Below, one piece after another: positions 46,744 to 57,707 of a stretch of 64,000 nucleotides of DNA. The notes under the pieces were generated by a model. The model worked only from the letters and a program-made list of their open reading frames with translations, was not told the DNA's origin and did no database searches. Each line of letters begins with the position of its first letter. Position 1 is the stretch's first letter. This DNA comes from Mobula hypostoma. Lineage: Eukaryota. The DNA lies in the NCBI RefSeq assembly GCF_963921235.1, contig NC_086101.1, positions 9,240,001 to 9,304,000 of the forward strand, written 5' to 3'. Made by a program: the position numbers and the translations under genes.

Positions 46744-49159
46744 ATCAGGACAGCCTCCTGTACGTCTGGGACAAGCAGTCGGGACGCCGCTTTTTGTTCG
46801 ACACCGGAGAGGAGTTCAGCGTTTTACCTCCAACGAGTTACGACACCCGCAACAGAGAACCGGAACCCACCCTGAGGGCCGCTAATGGCAGCACAATACG
46901 AACCTACGGCACCCGCACGGTGCGGCTACAGTTCAGCTCCAGCCGGTTGACGTGGGACTTCACACTGGCCGCCGTGGCCCAACCACTGCTGGGGGCAGAT
47001 TTTCTACGAGCCCACAGCCTGCTGGTCGACTTGCAAGGGAAGCGATTAGTCCACGCCAAGACTTTTCAAACGTTCTCCCTGGGTGAAGCACAGTTGCCAG
47101 CCCCACACCTGGACTCCATCACGCTGTCCGACGATGAATTCACCAGGGTCCTGGCGGATTTCCCATCAGTACTGACACCGCAGTTCACGGCAGCCATGCC
47201 CAGACACGGAGTACAGCACCACATCCCGACCCAGGGACCACCCCCCCACGCCCGTGCTCGAAGGCTTCCCCCGGACAAGCTCCGACTGGCGAAGGAGGAG
47301 TTCAAGAAGATGGAGGAATTAGAGATTATACGACGGTCCGACAGCCCATGGGCCTCCCCCCTTCACATGGTGCCCAAGGCAACGGGGGGCTGGAAACCAT
47401 GCGGTGACTACCGCAGACTGAACGAGGCTACAACGCCAGACCGCTACCCTGTGCCGCACATTCAAGACTTCGCAGCAAACCTACACGGCGCAAGGATCTT
47501 TTCCAAGGTAGACCTCGTCCGGGGATACCATCAAATCCCTGTGCATCTGGACGACATCCCCAAAACAGCACTTATCACCCCGTTCGCACTTTTCGAATTC
47601 CTCCGAATGCCGTTTGGTCTAAAGAATGCCGCACAGACTTTCCAGCGGCTAATGGACGCGGTGGGACGCGACCTGGACTTCGCATTCATCTATTTGGACG
47701 ACATCCTCATAGCCAGCAGTAGTCGGCAGGAGCATCTGTCCCACCTCCGCCAGCTCTACTCCCGCCTGAGTGAATTCGGCCTTACAATCAATCCAGCCAA
47801 ATGCCAGTTCGGACTTGACACCATCGACTTCCTGGGCCACAGGATTACTAAAGACGGGGCAACCCCGCTGCCCGCCAAGGTAGACGCGGTCCGCCACTTC
47901 CCCCGATCCAACACAATCAAAGGCTTGCAGGAATTCGTGGGTATGGAGAATTTCTACCACCGTTTCCTCCCCTCAGCAGCCCGAACCATGCGCCCCTTGT
48001 TCACTCTAATGTCGGGTAAGGGCAAGGACATTACCTGGAACGAAGAGGCCGCAACCGCTTTCGTTAAAACCAAAGAAGCCTTGGCAAACGCCGCGATGCT
48101 AGTGCACCCCAGAACGGACGTTCCTACTGCCCTCACGGTGGACGCATCCAACACAGCGGTCGGTGGAGTGCTGGAACAACTCATCGAGGGTCGCTGGCAA
48201 CCCCTGGCATTCTTCAGCAAACACCTACGACCACCCGAACTCAAATACAGTGCTTTCGACCGGGAGCTATTGGCACTATAGCTGGCAATCCGGCATTTCA
48301 GGTACTTCTTAGAAGGTAGGCCCTTCACCGCGTTCACATACCACAAACCGCTTACCTTTGCGTTCACTAAGGTGTCCGACCCCTGGTCGTCCCGCCAGCA
48401 GCGACATCTGTCCTACATCTCCGAGTACACGACGGACATCCGGCATGTCTCTGGAAAGAACAATGTCGTGGCAGACGCACTTTCCAGACCTACCATACAG
48501 GCCCTGTCCCAGGGGGTGGACTATGCAGCGCTGGCAGAGGCACAGCAGGCAGACGCTGAGATCCCCAGTTACAGGACTGCAGTCTCCGGTTTGCAGCTCC
48601 AAGACCTCCCCGTAGGCCCCGGTGAGAGGACCCTACTATGCGACCTAGCTACTGGCCAACCCCGCCCCGTCGTCCCAGCAGCCTGGCGCCGGCGGGTGTT
48701 CGAATCCATTCACAACTTAGAGCACCCCTCCATCAGGACAACTGTCCGGCTGGTCTCCAACAGGTTCGTGTGGCATGGACTTCGTAAACAGATCAGTGAA
48801 TGGGCCAAAACGTGCATGCAGTGCCAAACGGCCAAGGTGCAGCAGCACACCAAGGCTCCACCGCAGCGGTTCGAACCCACCCGCCGGAGGTTCGACCACA
48901 TCCATGTGGATATCGTGGGGCCCCTGCCAGTGTCGCGAGGAGCGCGGTACCTCCTAACTATGATAGACCGATTCACCAGATGGCCAGGGGCAGTCCCGCT
49001 CAGCGACACCACCTCCGAATCCTGCGCCCGAGCACTGATCGCAACCTGGGTAGCACGCTTTTTTTTTTACAAAATTCTTTATTACAAATGTCGGTGCTAT
49101 ACAATATTTACAAACCCAGTGACTAACATATTTACTACACTACATACAGACAATACATC

Positions 49160-52100
49160 TTAAACCAATATATTGCCATCCTCATCAATGATGGCATTTA
49201 CACCCCGCGGAGCCCAACGGTCCCGGAACACCTCTACGGTCGCCGTGGACTGTGCGTATTCCTTTTCAATGTTCACCCGGGCACGAACATACCCCCTAAA
49301 CATAGCCAGGCAGTCCGCCCGGGGAGAACCTCCTGCCACCCTTTTCCAGGAGCCACGGATGGCAATTTTCGCCAGCCCCAGGAGCAAGTTGACAAGGACA
49401 TCCTCATCCCTCTGTGCCCCCCTCCTTACTGGATGACCATATATAAATAGGGTGGGACTGAAATGCAACCAGAAGGCGAGAAGCAGCCCACGCAAAAACG
49501 CGAAAAGGGGCTGCAGCCTCACACACTCCACGTACATGTGGTACACGGTCTCCTCCAGCCCGCAGAAGTGACACGCGGCTGGGAGATCCGTGTACAGACT
49601 GAAGAACTTATTGCAGGGCACCGCTTTATGCAGCACCCTCCAGCCGAGATCCCCAAGGTGCATGGGGAGGACTCCCTTGTAAAGGGACTTCCATTGGGGA
49701 CCCCCCTCACCTCCAGGTGGAAAGACCGACCGCCATGGCGTGTCGGGACGGTGGACAAAGGCGAGGAAGTGGAGGGTGTGGAGCAGCAGCCCATAAAGGT
49801 ACCTCCTGCCTGCATCCCTGAATGGGATTGTGGGTGTCGATGAAAGACGGCTCAAGTTGTGTGGATTCGTCTCTCGGGTAAGGCTGCGGGGCCTGGGCCC
49901 GACGAGCAGCTCAGCTTGAGTCGATCCACACACCTGAGCCGCACCGACATCCGCTGAGGCAGGGCAAGGGTCGGCCAGGACCCCGCCCTCTGCCAGAGGA
50001 GGGGATTCCCGGCCTGAGGCAACCATGTTCCAGACTCTCAGTAGGTCCTGATAGAAGCCGGGCAGCCTCTGCAAAGCAGCACGGCTGACGCCTGCCGGTG
50101 GTAGCTGCATATCTTCGTGAAGGCAGCAGCCCCTCCGGAGGAAGAAAGTCGCCAACACGTGCCACCTGGGAGGGCGCTCGGCGTACAGGAATCTCTGCAG
50201 AGTCCTGAGGCGGAGAGCCGCCAGTCGTGTGCGTACACACACCAGCGACTGTCCGCCCTCTCCTACTGGGAGACTCAGAACCGCTGCAGAGACCCAGTGT
50301 TTCCTGTTTCCCCAGAAGAAGTCCACCAGCTTCCTCTGCATTCTCGCAACAAAAGGGGCAGGGGGGGCCAAGGTGACCATCCGGTACCACAACATGGAGG
50401 CCACCAGCTGGTTTATGACCACCACCCTGCCTCGATAGGAAAGCACCGTGAGAAGGCCTGACCAGCGCCCTAGCCGGGCCATGACCTTTGTCTCCAGGTC
50501 CTGCCAGTTCGCCAGCCAGGTCTCCCCAGAAGGACTCAGGTAGACTCCCAGATAGAGAAGACGTCTGGTGCTCCACTCAAAAGCTCTCATCTCCTCCGGC
50601 AGGGAGTCCACCTGCCACTGGCCTACTAAGAGTCCGGAACATTTCGCCCAGTTGATCCTGGCGGAGGATGCCGCCGAGAAAACATCTTGGCACTCGCGCA
50701 TCCTCCGCAGGTCACAGGGGTCTGTCATCATGAGGAGTACGTCATCGGCGTAGGCCGAAAGGACGACCCTCATGTCCGGTTCGCGCAGAACCAGACCTGT
50801 CAGCCTTCGCCGAAGAAGGCCGAGGAATGGCTCGACACAGATCGCATACAGTTGACCGGACATGGGGCACCCTTGACGCACTCCTCTTCGGAAGTGGATA
50901 GGTCCTGTCAGTGATCCGTTGATCTTAACTAGGCACTCTGCGGCAGAGTACAGGAGCCGAACTCGGGCCACAAAGTGTGGTCCGAGCCCAAAAGCCTGCA
51001 GGGTGCCCAGCAGGAAACTGTGGTCCACCCGGTCAAACGCCTTCTCCTGGTCAAGAGAAAGAAACGCCGCCGGGGTCCCAGTCTCCTGGAGCAGGTGGAT
51101 CAGGTCCCGTACTAGGTGGACATTGTCCTGGATGGAGCGGCCCGGGACCGTGTAAGATTGGTCAGGATGGACCACCTGTCCAATTACCGAACCCAGACGG
51201 TTGGCCATTGCCTGGGCGAAGATCTTGTAGTCCGCGCACAAGAGGGAGACCGGCCGCCAGTTCTTTAGCAGGCGGAGGTCTCCCTTCTTGGGCAGTAGGA
51301 CCACAACAGCTCTTCGCCATGAGAGGGGCATTTCTCCGGTGGCTAGGCTCTCCCCTAGGACAAGGCTGTAATCATCCCCCAGGACATCCCAAAAAGCCTG
51401 ATAAAACTCAACACTCAGTCCATCCAAACCAGGGGACTTGCCCCTCCGGAGTTGCCGAAGGGCAGTGGACAGCTCCTCCCGAGTCAGGGGGGCATCCAGA
51501 CGCACTGCATCCTCTGGACTGACCTTAGGCAAATCCTTCCAGACCTCATTGCACGCCTCCGCATTTGACGGATCAGGCGAGAATAAGGACCGATAGAATG
51601 AACGGACCTCGTTGTTAATTCCATCAGGGTCCGTGATGGAGGAGCCATCGGCAGCCAGCAATTCCACTAGCTGCTTTTGAACTCCCCGCCACCTCTCCAA
51701 CGAGTAGAAGAAGGGTGAGCCACGGTCCAAATCCTGCAGCATTTGGATCCGTGACCTCACGTACGCACCTCGGGACTGCTGAAGCTGCAAGTCCCTTAGT
51801 GCGTCCTTCTTCTCCTGGTATTCCTGCCACAGCTGCTGGTCTCCAGTGGTCGGACCGAGGTGGGACTCCAGGTCAAGCAACGCTCTCTCAAGCCGCTCAA
51901 TCTCAGAGCCCCGCCCTTTGGTCGACCCCCTAGTGTACTCCCGACATAAAAACCGGATGTGGGCTTTGCCCACATCCCACCATAGCCGTAGGGAGCAGAA
52001 CTCTCTCCGCCTCTCCTTCCAGGAGACCCAGAACGCTCGGAACGAATCCCGGAAACGGCTGTCCTCCAGCAGCCGGTTGTTAAAATGCCAATACCCGGAT

Positions 52101-52822
52101 CCCACCCGAGGGTGTAGTGGAATAAATTCCATCCACACAAGGTGATGATCCGAGCACGACACTGGCCGCATGGAGGACGCCGACACGCGGGAGGCGTAGG
52201 CCCGAGAGATGTAAATGCGGTCTATCCTGGAACCTCCTTCTCTAGACCTTCTCGAGAAGGCGCTAGAGTTGGGGTGAAAATTCCGCCAGCTGTCCACCAA
52301 GTCAAAGGAGCCGACTAGCTCCTTTAACTTTTTTGCCGATGCTGGGTCGCGTTGGAGGCCCGAACGGTCCTCCGCCTCGAGGGTACAATTGAAATCTCCC
52401 CCGAGGATTACGCAGTCCCCAGGATCGATGGAGCTCAGCAGGGTGGACAGCTGACAGAATAGGCGCGTCTGCAGCACACCGCGCCTGGGAGCGTACACAT
52501 TGATAAAATGCAATGGTACGCCATCCAGGCGCACAACCAGGTGGAGCAGACGGCCGGGCACAACGTCTTGGACTCTTTCAATTACTGGCTGGAAGGTCGG
52601 GGCCAACAGGATCGCCACCCCGCTAGAAATGGAGCTGAGGTGGCTCATGTAGACCCCGCCCTGCCACTCCAGGAGCCAAGCAGACTCGTCCCCAGGGATG
52701 GTATGGGTTTCCTGCAGGAAACTCACCGTATACCGCCCATCCCTGAGGACTGAGAGATTGTTATGCCTGCGAAGAGGACCCCTGCTGCCGTTTACATTGA
52801 GACTAGCTATGGTAAGCTTCAT
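49160..52822 (-). CDS. Tx1 ORF2: APE endonuclease, reverse transcriptase, Zn finger (1220 aa)
   Basis: SLNVNG, LQETH, GGDFNC, RIDRIY, SDH; KSPGLDG, NWRPVSLL, GVRQGCPMS, YADD; CHFCGLEETVYHMYVEC. Confidence 0.96.
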   Translation of the reverse strand: MKLTIASLNVNGSRGPLRRHNNLSVLRDGRYTVSFLQETHTIPGDESAWLLEWQGGVYMSHLSSISSGVAILLAPTFQPVIERVQDVVPGRLLHLVVRLDGVPLHFINVYAPRRGVLQTRLFCQLSTLLSSIDPGDCVILGGDFNCTLEAEDRSGLQRDPASAKKLKELVGSFDLVDSWRNFHPNSSAFSRRSREGGSRIDRIYISRAYASRVSASSMRPVSCSDHHLVWMEFIPLHPRVGSGYWHFNNRLLEDSRFRDSFRAFWVSWKERRREFCSLRLWWDVGKAHIRFLCREYTRGSTKGRGSEIERLERALLDLESHLGPTTGDQQLWQEYQEKKDALRDLQLQQSRGAYVRSRIQMLQDLDRGSPFFYSLERWRGVQKQLVELLAADGSSITDPDGINNEVRSFYRSLFSPDPSNAEACNEVWKDLPKVSPEDAVRLDAPLTREELSTALRQLRRGKSPGLDGLSVEFYQAFWDVLGDDYSLVLGESLATGEMPLSWRRAVVVLLPKKGDLRLLKNWRPVSLLCADYKIFAQAMANRLGSVIGQVVHPDQSYTVPGRSIQDNVHLVRDLIHLLQETGTPAAFLSLDQEKAFDRVDHSFLLGTLQAFGLGPHFVARVRLLYSAAECLVKINGSLTGPIHFRRGVRQGCPMSGQLYAICVEPFLGLLRRRLTGLVLREPDMRVVLSAYADDVLLMMTDPCDLRRMRECQDVFSAASSARINWAKCSGLLVGQWQVDSLPEEMRAFEWSTRRLLYLGVYLSPSGETWLANWQDLETKVMARLGRWSGLLTVLSYRGRVVVINQLVASMLWYRMVTLAPPAPFVARMQRKLVDFFWGNRKHWVSAAVLSLPVGEGGQSLVCVRTRLAALRLRTLQRFLYAERPPRWHVLATFFLRRGCCLHEDMQLPPAGVSRAALQRLPGFYQDLLRVWNMVASGRESPPLAEGGVLADPCPASADVGAAQVCGSTQAELLVGPRPRSLTRETNPHNLSRLSSTPTIPFRDAGRRYLYGLLLHTLHFLAFVHRPDTPWRSVFPPGGEGGPQWKSLYKGVLPMHLGDLGWRVLHKAVPCNKFFSLYTDLPAACHFCGLEETVYHMYVECVRLQPLFAFLRGLLLAFWLHFSPTLFIYGHPVRRGAQRDEDVLVNLLLGLAKIAIRGSWKRVAGGSPRADCLAMFRGYVRARVNIEKEYAQSTATVEVFRDRWAPRGVNAIIDEDGNILV

Positions 52823-52834
52823 GGCGGGAACACA

Positions 52835-54889
52835 CTAGGTCTCAGCAGCTGCGCCCATTTCGGTGAGAGCGGAGGCGCCTTCCACCACACTGTCCGGAAA
52901 GAAAGCAAGGATACCTTTTGCTTTCCGGGCTCGAGCGGTACCAGCAACACCCTGTGACCCACCATCCCCCGTAGGAGCGAGGCTGCTTCTCCCTCTGATG
53001 TCCCTTACTAGGTCATCCAGGAAAGATTTTAGTTGCCGTCTGTCGTTCCCCACCACCGCATTCCTCTTTCCCTTTCCCTTTCGTCTGAGGATGACTCGCA
53101 GGGACCTCACCAGCCTCGGCATGCTGGGCCAGCGAAGCGAGGCTAGCTGAGGCCGGTGCTTGGCACCCTCAGAGGTGAGAATGAAATGCTTAATTTCCTC
53201 TACAGGTATCAATGGGGATTTCTCAGGAGGGGTGAGGATGTCCATTGTTTCACTATCGAAAGAGTCCCCCTCCAACCCGTCACTGCAGACAGAATCCCCA
53301 TCGGCCTCCCCGCATGTTCCAATAGATGGCTGCGCCTGCGACCCACACCGCGCAGCGGGCACCTCGCTCTTACCTGCCTTCTCCACCGTCGCATCAGCCT
53401 CATCCACATTTGCGACAGTGGAGAGACAATCCCCAGGGACTCCCTGCAAGTCATTTATTGCTGGGGTCGATGTGCACAGAATATCGTCCTCCCTAGGGGG
53501 CAGGCATAGAGGGGAATCCGGCACCTTTGGTCCAAGGGATTCATAAGCCGCCTGGTGCTGAGAATGAGAGAGCTTTGCCTCGTCTCCTATTACACTATTC
53601 GGTACACTGGCCTCCAGAGAGGCGCTGACTTGTAGGTCCTGGGTGGAGGCCTCCAGGGCTGCCTCATTTGTGCAAACAGGCCTATCACAAGCCTTTTGCA
53701 CAACCACACCATCTACCCCAGGACTGGTGGCTACATCTGAGGACTCAGGTTTAGAACCAACCCCTACCCGGATTCCCACCCCTTCCTGGGACTCCCCCGC
53801 ATCTACATCCCCTGCCCTCTTGCGGGAACGTTCCCTTCTCCTCTTCACGCTGGAGGAGCACACAGGTGCAGGCTTCACCGATGGGGCGGCGCCTTCTGTT
53901 TCCATCGCCCCGTCTGCTTGCGCACCTCCCCGAGCCCCACGCTCCACTTCAGACGAAATGGGTGTGAGCTCTGCGGCCTCAAAGGCCCGCTTCTTACTAT
54001 GTTTAGATTTCCCCTTTGCCTTCTTACTCCGCACAGACTCCACCCCGTCCCCCACCTGAACTACAGGGAGAGGAGCAGGGACCGACCCAACCGTAGAAGT
54101 AGGGACAGGGGTAGGGGTAGGGGCAGGGTGAGGGGCTGGGGCAGGATCACGGGCGGGGGCAGGGTCAGATGCAGGTGCAGGCGCACGCGCAGGAGTAGGA
54201 TCAGGGGCAGAGGTAGCTGCGGCACTGGTGCCCGAAGTGGGCTCCCTCGGGTTCCGGGCGGCAGGACAGTCCCTCCGAAAGTGCCCCACCTCCCTGCACG
54301 CATGGCACCGTGGGCGCTCGGAGCTCCAGTACACCTGATAATCTACTCCCTCGTGCCGGACAGTAAAGCGGCCCTCAACATCGTCCTCCCTTTCCAGCTG
54401 CATGAAAACCTGACGCCGGAAAGAGATTACGGTGCGGAGGGTGCGTCTCTTAAATTTGTGTCGGATGGCAGTAATCTCCGACCTTACTTGCCCTAAACGG
54501 GCCAGTGGGGGAAGCAAGTCCTCATTTGGAATGAAAGGCTTAACATGCCCAAGCACGATACGTTGCGTGGGGGCCGTCACCAGCTCCATAGGTAAAAAGA
54601 TGGTGTCCACCGTGACTCCCCTGCTTAGGGCCCGGTGCACTAGCTCTTCATTCACCAGATAGAACACCGCCTTTCCGAACTCCTTCTCGGTGGCCAGAAT
54701 ACCACCTTTCCCCACAAGGTCCTCCATTGCCTCCGTACACTTTTCTAGTGTCATTCCAGGGCGCAAAATACATTGCACCCCACGTTCCACCTTCACCGAC
54801 CGAAACAGGGCGTTGTCCGAGGCCGGGGAGGCAGCCGCCCTTGCGTAACTCCCCGAAGGCCCGCGACTCCCTGGAGACCGGTCCGGCAT
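52835..54889 (-). CDS. Tx1 ORF1: RNA-binding protein with CCHC knuckle (684 aa)
   Basis: SYARAAA N-terminus; CHACREVGHFRRDC; Pro/Ala-rich linker; 12-nt spacer to the ORF2 ATG. Confidence 0.92.
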   Translation of the reverse strand: MPDRSPGSRGPSGSYARAAASPASDNALFRSVKVERGVQCILRPGMTLEKCTEAMEDLVGKGGILATEKEFGKAVFYLVNEELVHRALSRGVTVDTIFLPMELVTAPTQRIVLGHVKPFIPNEDLLPPLARLGQVRSEITAIRHKFKRRTLRTVISFRRQVFMQLEREDDVEGRFTVRHEGVDYQVYWSSERPRCHACREVGHFRRDCPAARNPREPTSGTSAAATSAPDPTPARAPAPASDPAPARDPAPAPHPAPTPTPVPTSTVGSVPAPLPVVQVGDGVESVRSKKAKGKSKHSKKRAFEAAELTPISSEVERGARGGAQADGAMETEGAAPSVKPAPVCSSSVKRRRERSRKRAGDVDAGESQEGVGIRVGVGSKPESSDVATSPGVDGVVVQKACDRPVCTNEAALEASTQDLQVSASLEASVPNSVIGDEAKLSHSQHQAAYESLGPKVPDSPLCLPPREDDILCTSTPAINDLQGVPGDCLSTVANVDEADATVEKAGKSEVPAARCGSQAQPSIGTCGEADGDSVCSDGLEGDSFDSETMDILTPPEKSPLIPVEEIKHFILTSEGAKHRPQLASLRWPSMPRLVRSLRVILRRKGKGKRNAVVGNDRRQLKSFLDDLVRDIRGRSSLAPTGDGGSQGVAGTARARKAKGILAFFPDSVVEGASALTEMGAAAET

Positions 54890-57707
54890 GCTGGCGCTCT
54901 TTCCAGTCCGAGAATTTTGCGGCGGTGCCAGTTAGAAGTCCTGGAGCGAGTCGAATAACTGGCCGGGAAAGTTTGCAGTCGACAGTTCCTCGCTGGCTCG
55001 GCGCCAGGAAAGGCTCCGTCGGACTTGCAGAGACCCAGGCCGGGAGAGGCCGAAACGTCCTTCCAGATGCTCCGGCACCGGCACCGACACCGGACGAAAA
55101 ATCAGGAAAACAATGGAGGAGGAACGTTGCCCCGATGTCAATGGGGGGAAAACGACGGCGTTTGCCTCCGGTTTTGGAGCGAACCGGCTTACTGGCGAGT
55201 TGCCAGCGGCCGCAGCTGGGAGCTACGCAGTAAGCAGCCGCCAACAAACCCAGTCCAAACCGGCAGCAAAAACTCCACACCGAGCTTCCACGCCAACGCC
55301 GTCACTCACTCAGTTGTCCAAGAGACTTTTAGAGCCACCTCCAAAGTATTCCACGAACTTTATCCAGTAGTTTTCCTTCGATTTCTCCCAGCTCAGTCAG
55401 CACAGCTCCTCTCTGTGTCTGACCCTGGGAGTTCGAACAAGCAGAAGCACAATTCCACATTCGACAGATAACCTCGGAGTCCACTCGCTACTACTACGTG
55501 CTGAGCTCCCTCGACCAGGAGACTGCTGCACAATTTGAGGAGTTTATACAATCGCCCCCGGAGGACGGCAAATACACAGCATTCAAAGCCCTGCTCATAA
55601 GGACTTTCGGACTCTCACGGCGCTAACGAGCACGCCGCTTAATGCACCTGGATGGTTTGGGAGACAGGCCGCCGTCAGCATTAATGAACGAGATGCTGGC
55701 CCTGGCTGAAGGACACAAACCCTGCCCTATGTTTGAGCAGGCGTTCCTAGAGCAACTGCCCGAAGACATACGCCTGCTGCTGTCCGACGCAGATTTCAGC
55801 AACCCCCGGGAGGGGGCAGCCCGAGCAGATGTGCTGTGGAATGCCAGGAAAGAGAGAGGGGCATCCGTCGCACAGATCACCAAGCCGCGTGCTCAACGAC
55901 AGACCAGACCAGGCTCGGCAGCAGAGCCTACAAAACCCGGCGACGGGAGTGAGGAGCCCAATGAACAATGGTGTTTCTACCACCAGCGGTGGGGCACAGA
56001 GGCCCGCCGCTGCAGACCGCCCTGCAAATTCCCGGGAAACGCCAGGGCCAACCGCCGCTAATGGCTACGGCGGCTGGCCATCAGGACAGCCTCCTGTACG
56101 TCTGGGACAAGCAGTCGGGGCGCCGCTTTTTGTTCGACACCGGAGCGGAGATCAGCGTCTTACCTCCAACGAGTTACGACACCCGCAACAGAGAACCGGG
56201 ACCCACCCTGGGGGCCGCTAATGGCAGCACAATACGAACCTACGGCACCCGCACGGTGCGGCTACAGTTCAGCTCCAGCCGGTTCACGTGGGACTTCACA
56301 CTGGCCGCCGTGGCCCAACCACTGCTGGGGGCAGATTTTCTACGAGCCCACAGCCTGCTGGTAGACCTGCAAGGGAAGCGATTAGTCCACGCCAAGACTT
56401 TTCAAACGTTCTCCCTGGGTGAAGCACAGTTGCCAGCCCCACACCTGGACTCCATCACGCTGTCCGACGATGAATTCACCAGGGTCCTGGCGGATTTCCC
56501 ATCAGTACTGACACCGCAGTTCACGGCAGCCATGCCCAGACACGGAGTACAGCACCACATCCCGACCCAGGGACCACCCCTCCACGCCCGTGCTCGAAGG
56601 CTTCCCCCGGACAAGCTCCGACTGGCGAAGGAGGAGTTCAAGAAGATGGAGGAATTAGAGATTATACGACGGTCCGACAGCCCATGGGCCTCCCCCCTTC
56701 ACATGGTGCCCAAGGCAACGGGGGGCTGGAGACCATGCGGTGACTACCGCAGACTGAACGAGGCTACAACGCCAGACCGCTACCCTGTGCCGCACATTCA
56801 AGACTTCGCAGCAAACCTACACGGCGCAAGGATCTTTTCCAAGGTAGACCTCGTCCGGGGATACCATCAAATCCCTGTGCATCTGGACGACATCCCCAAA
56901 ACAGCACTTATCACCCCGTTCGCACTTTTCGAATTCCTCCGAATGCCGTTTGGTCTAAAGAATGCCGCACAGACTTTCCAGCGGCTAATGGACGCGGTGG
57001 GACGCGACCTGGACTTCGCATTCATCTATTTGGAAGACATCCTCATAGCCAGCAGTAGTCGGCAGGAGCATCTGTCCCACCTCCGCCAGCTCTACTCCCG
57101 CCTGAGTGAATTCGGCCTTACAATCAATCCAGCCAAATGCCAGTTCGGACTTGACACCATCGACTTCCTGGGCCACAGGATTACTAAAGACGGGGCAACC
57201 CCGCTGCCCGCCAAGGTAGACGCGGTCCGCCACTTCCCCCGATCCAACACAATCAAAGGCTTGCAGGAATTCGTGGGTATGGAGAATTTCTACCACCGTT
57301 TCCTCCCCTCAGCAGCCCGAACCATGCGCCCCTTGTTCACTCTAATGTCGGGTAAGGGCAAGGACATTACCTGGAACGAAGAGGCCGCAACCGCTTTCGT
57401 TAAAACCAAAGAAGCCTTGGCAAACGCCGCGATGCTAGTGCACCCCAGAACGGACGTTCCTACTGCCCTCACGGTGGACGCATCCAACACAGCGGTCGGT
57501 GGAGTGCTGGAACAACTCATCGAGGGTCGCTGGCAACCCCTGGCATTCTTCAGCAAACACCTACGACCACCCGAACTCAAATACAGTGCTTTCGACCGGG
57601 AGCTATTGGCACTATAGCTGGCAATCCGGCATTTCAGGTACTTCTTAGAAGGTAGGCCCTTCACCGCGTTCACATACCACAAACCGCTTACCTTTGCGTT
57701 CACTAAG

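Larger units (their letters stand above)
49059..55430 (-). mobile_element. Full-length intact Tx1-clade (L1 group) retrotransposon
   Basis: ~540-nt GC-rich 5'UTR, two open ORFs, AATAAA 49083-49078, poly(A) 49068-49059. Confidence 0.96.

Noticed and set aside
46710..46748. H-type pseudoknot at the frameshift site
   Set aside because: With full stems the connecting loops would be zero length; only the hairpin or an alternative pairing is supported
52863..55471. Multiple antisense and overlapping ORFs in GC-rich TE sequence
   Set aside because: Expected shadow ORFs with no motifs
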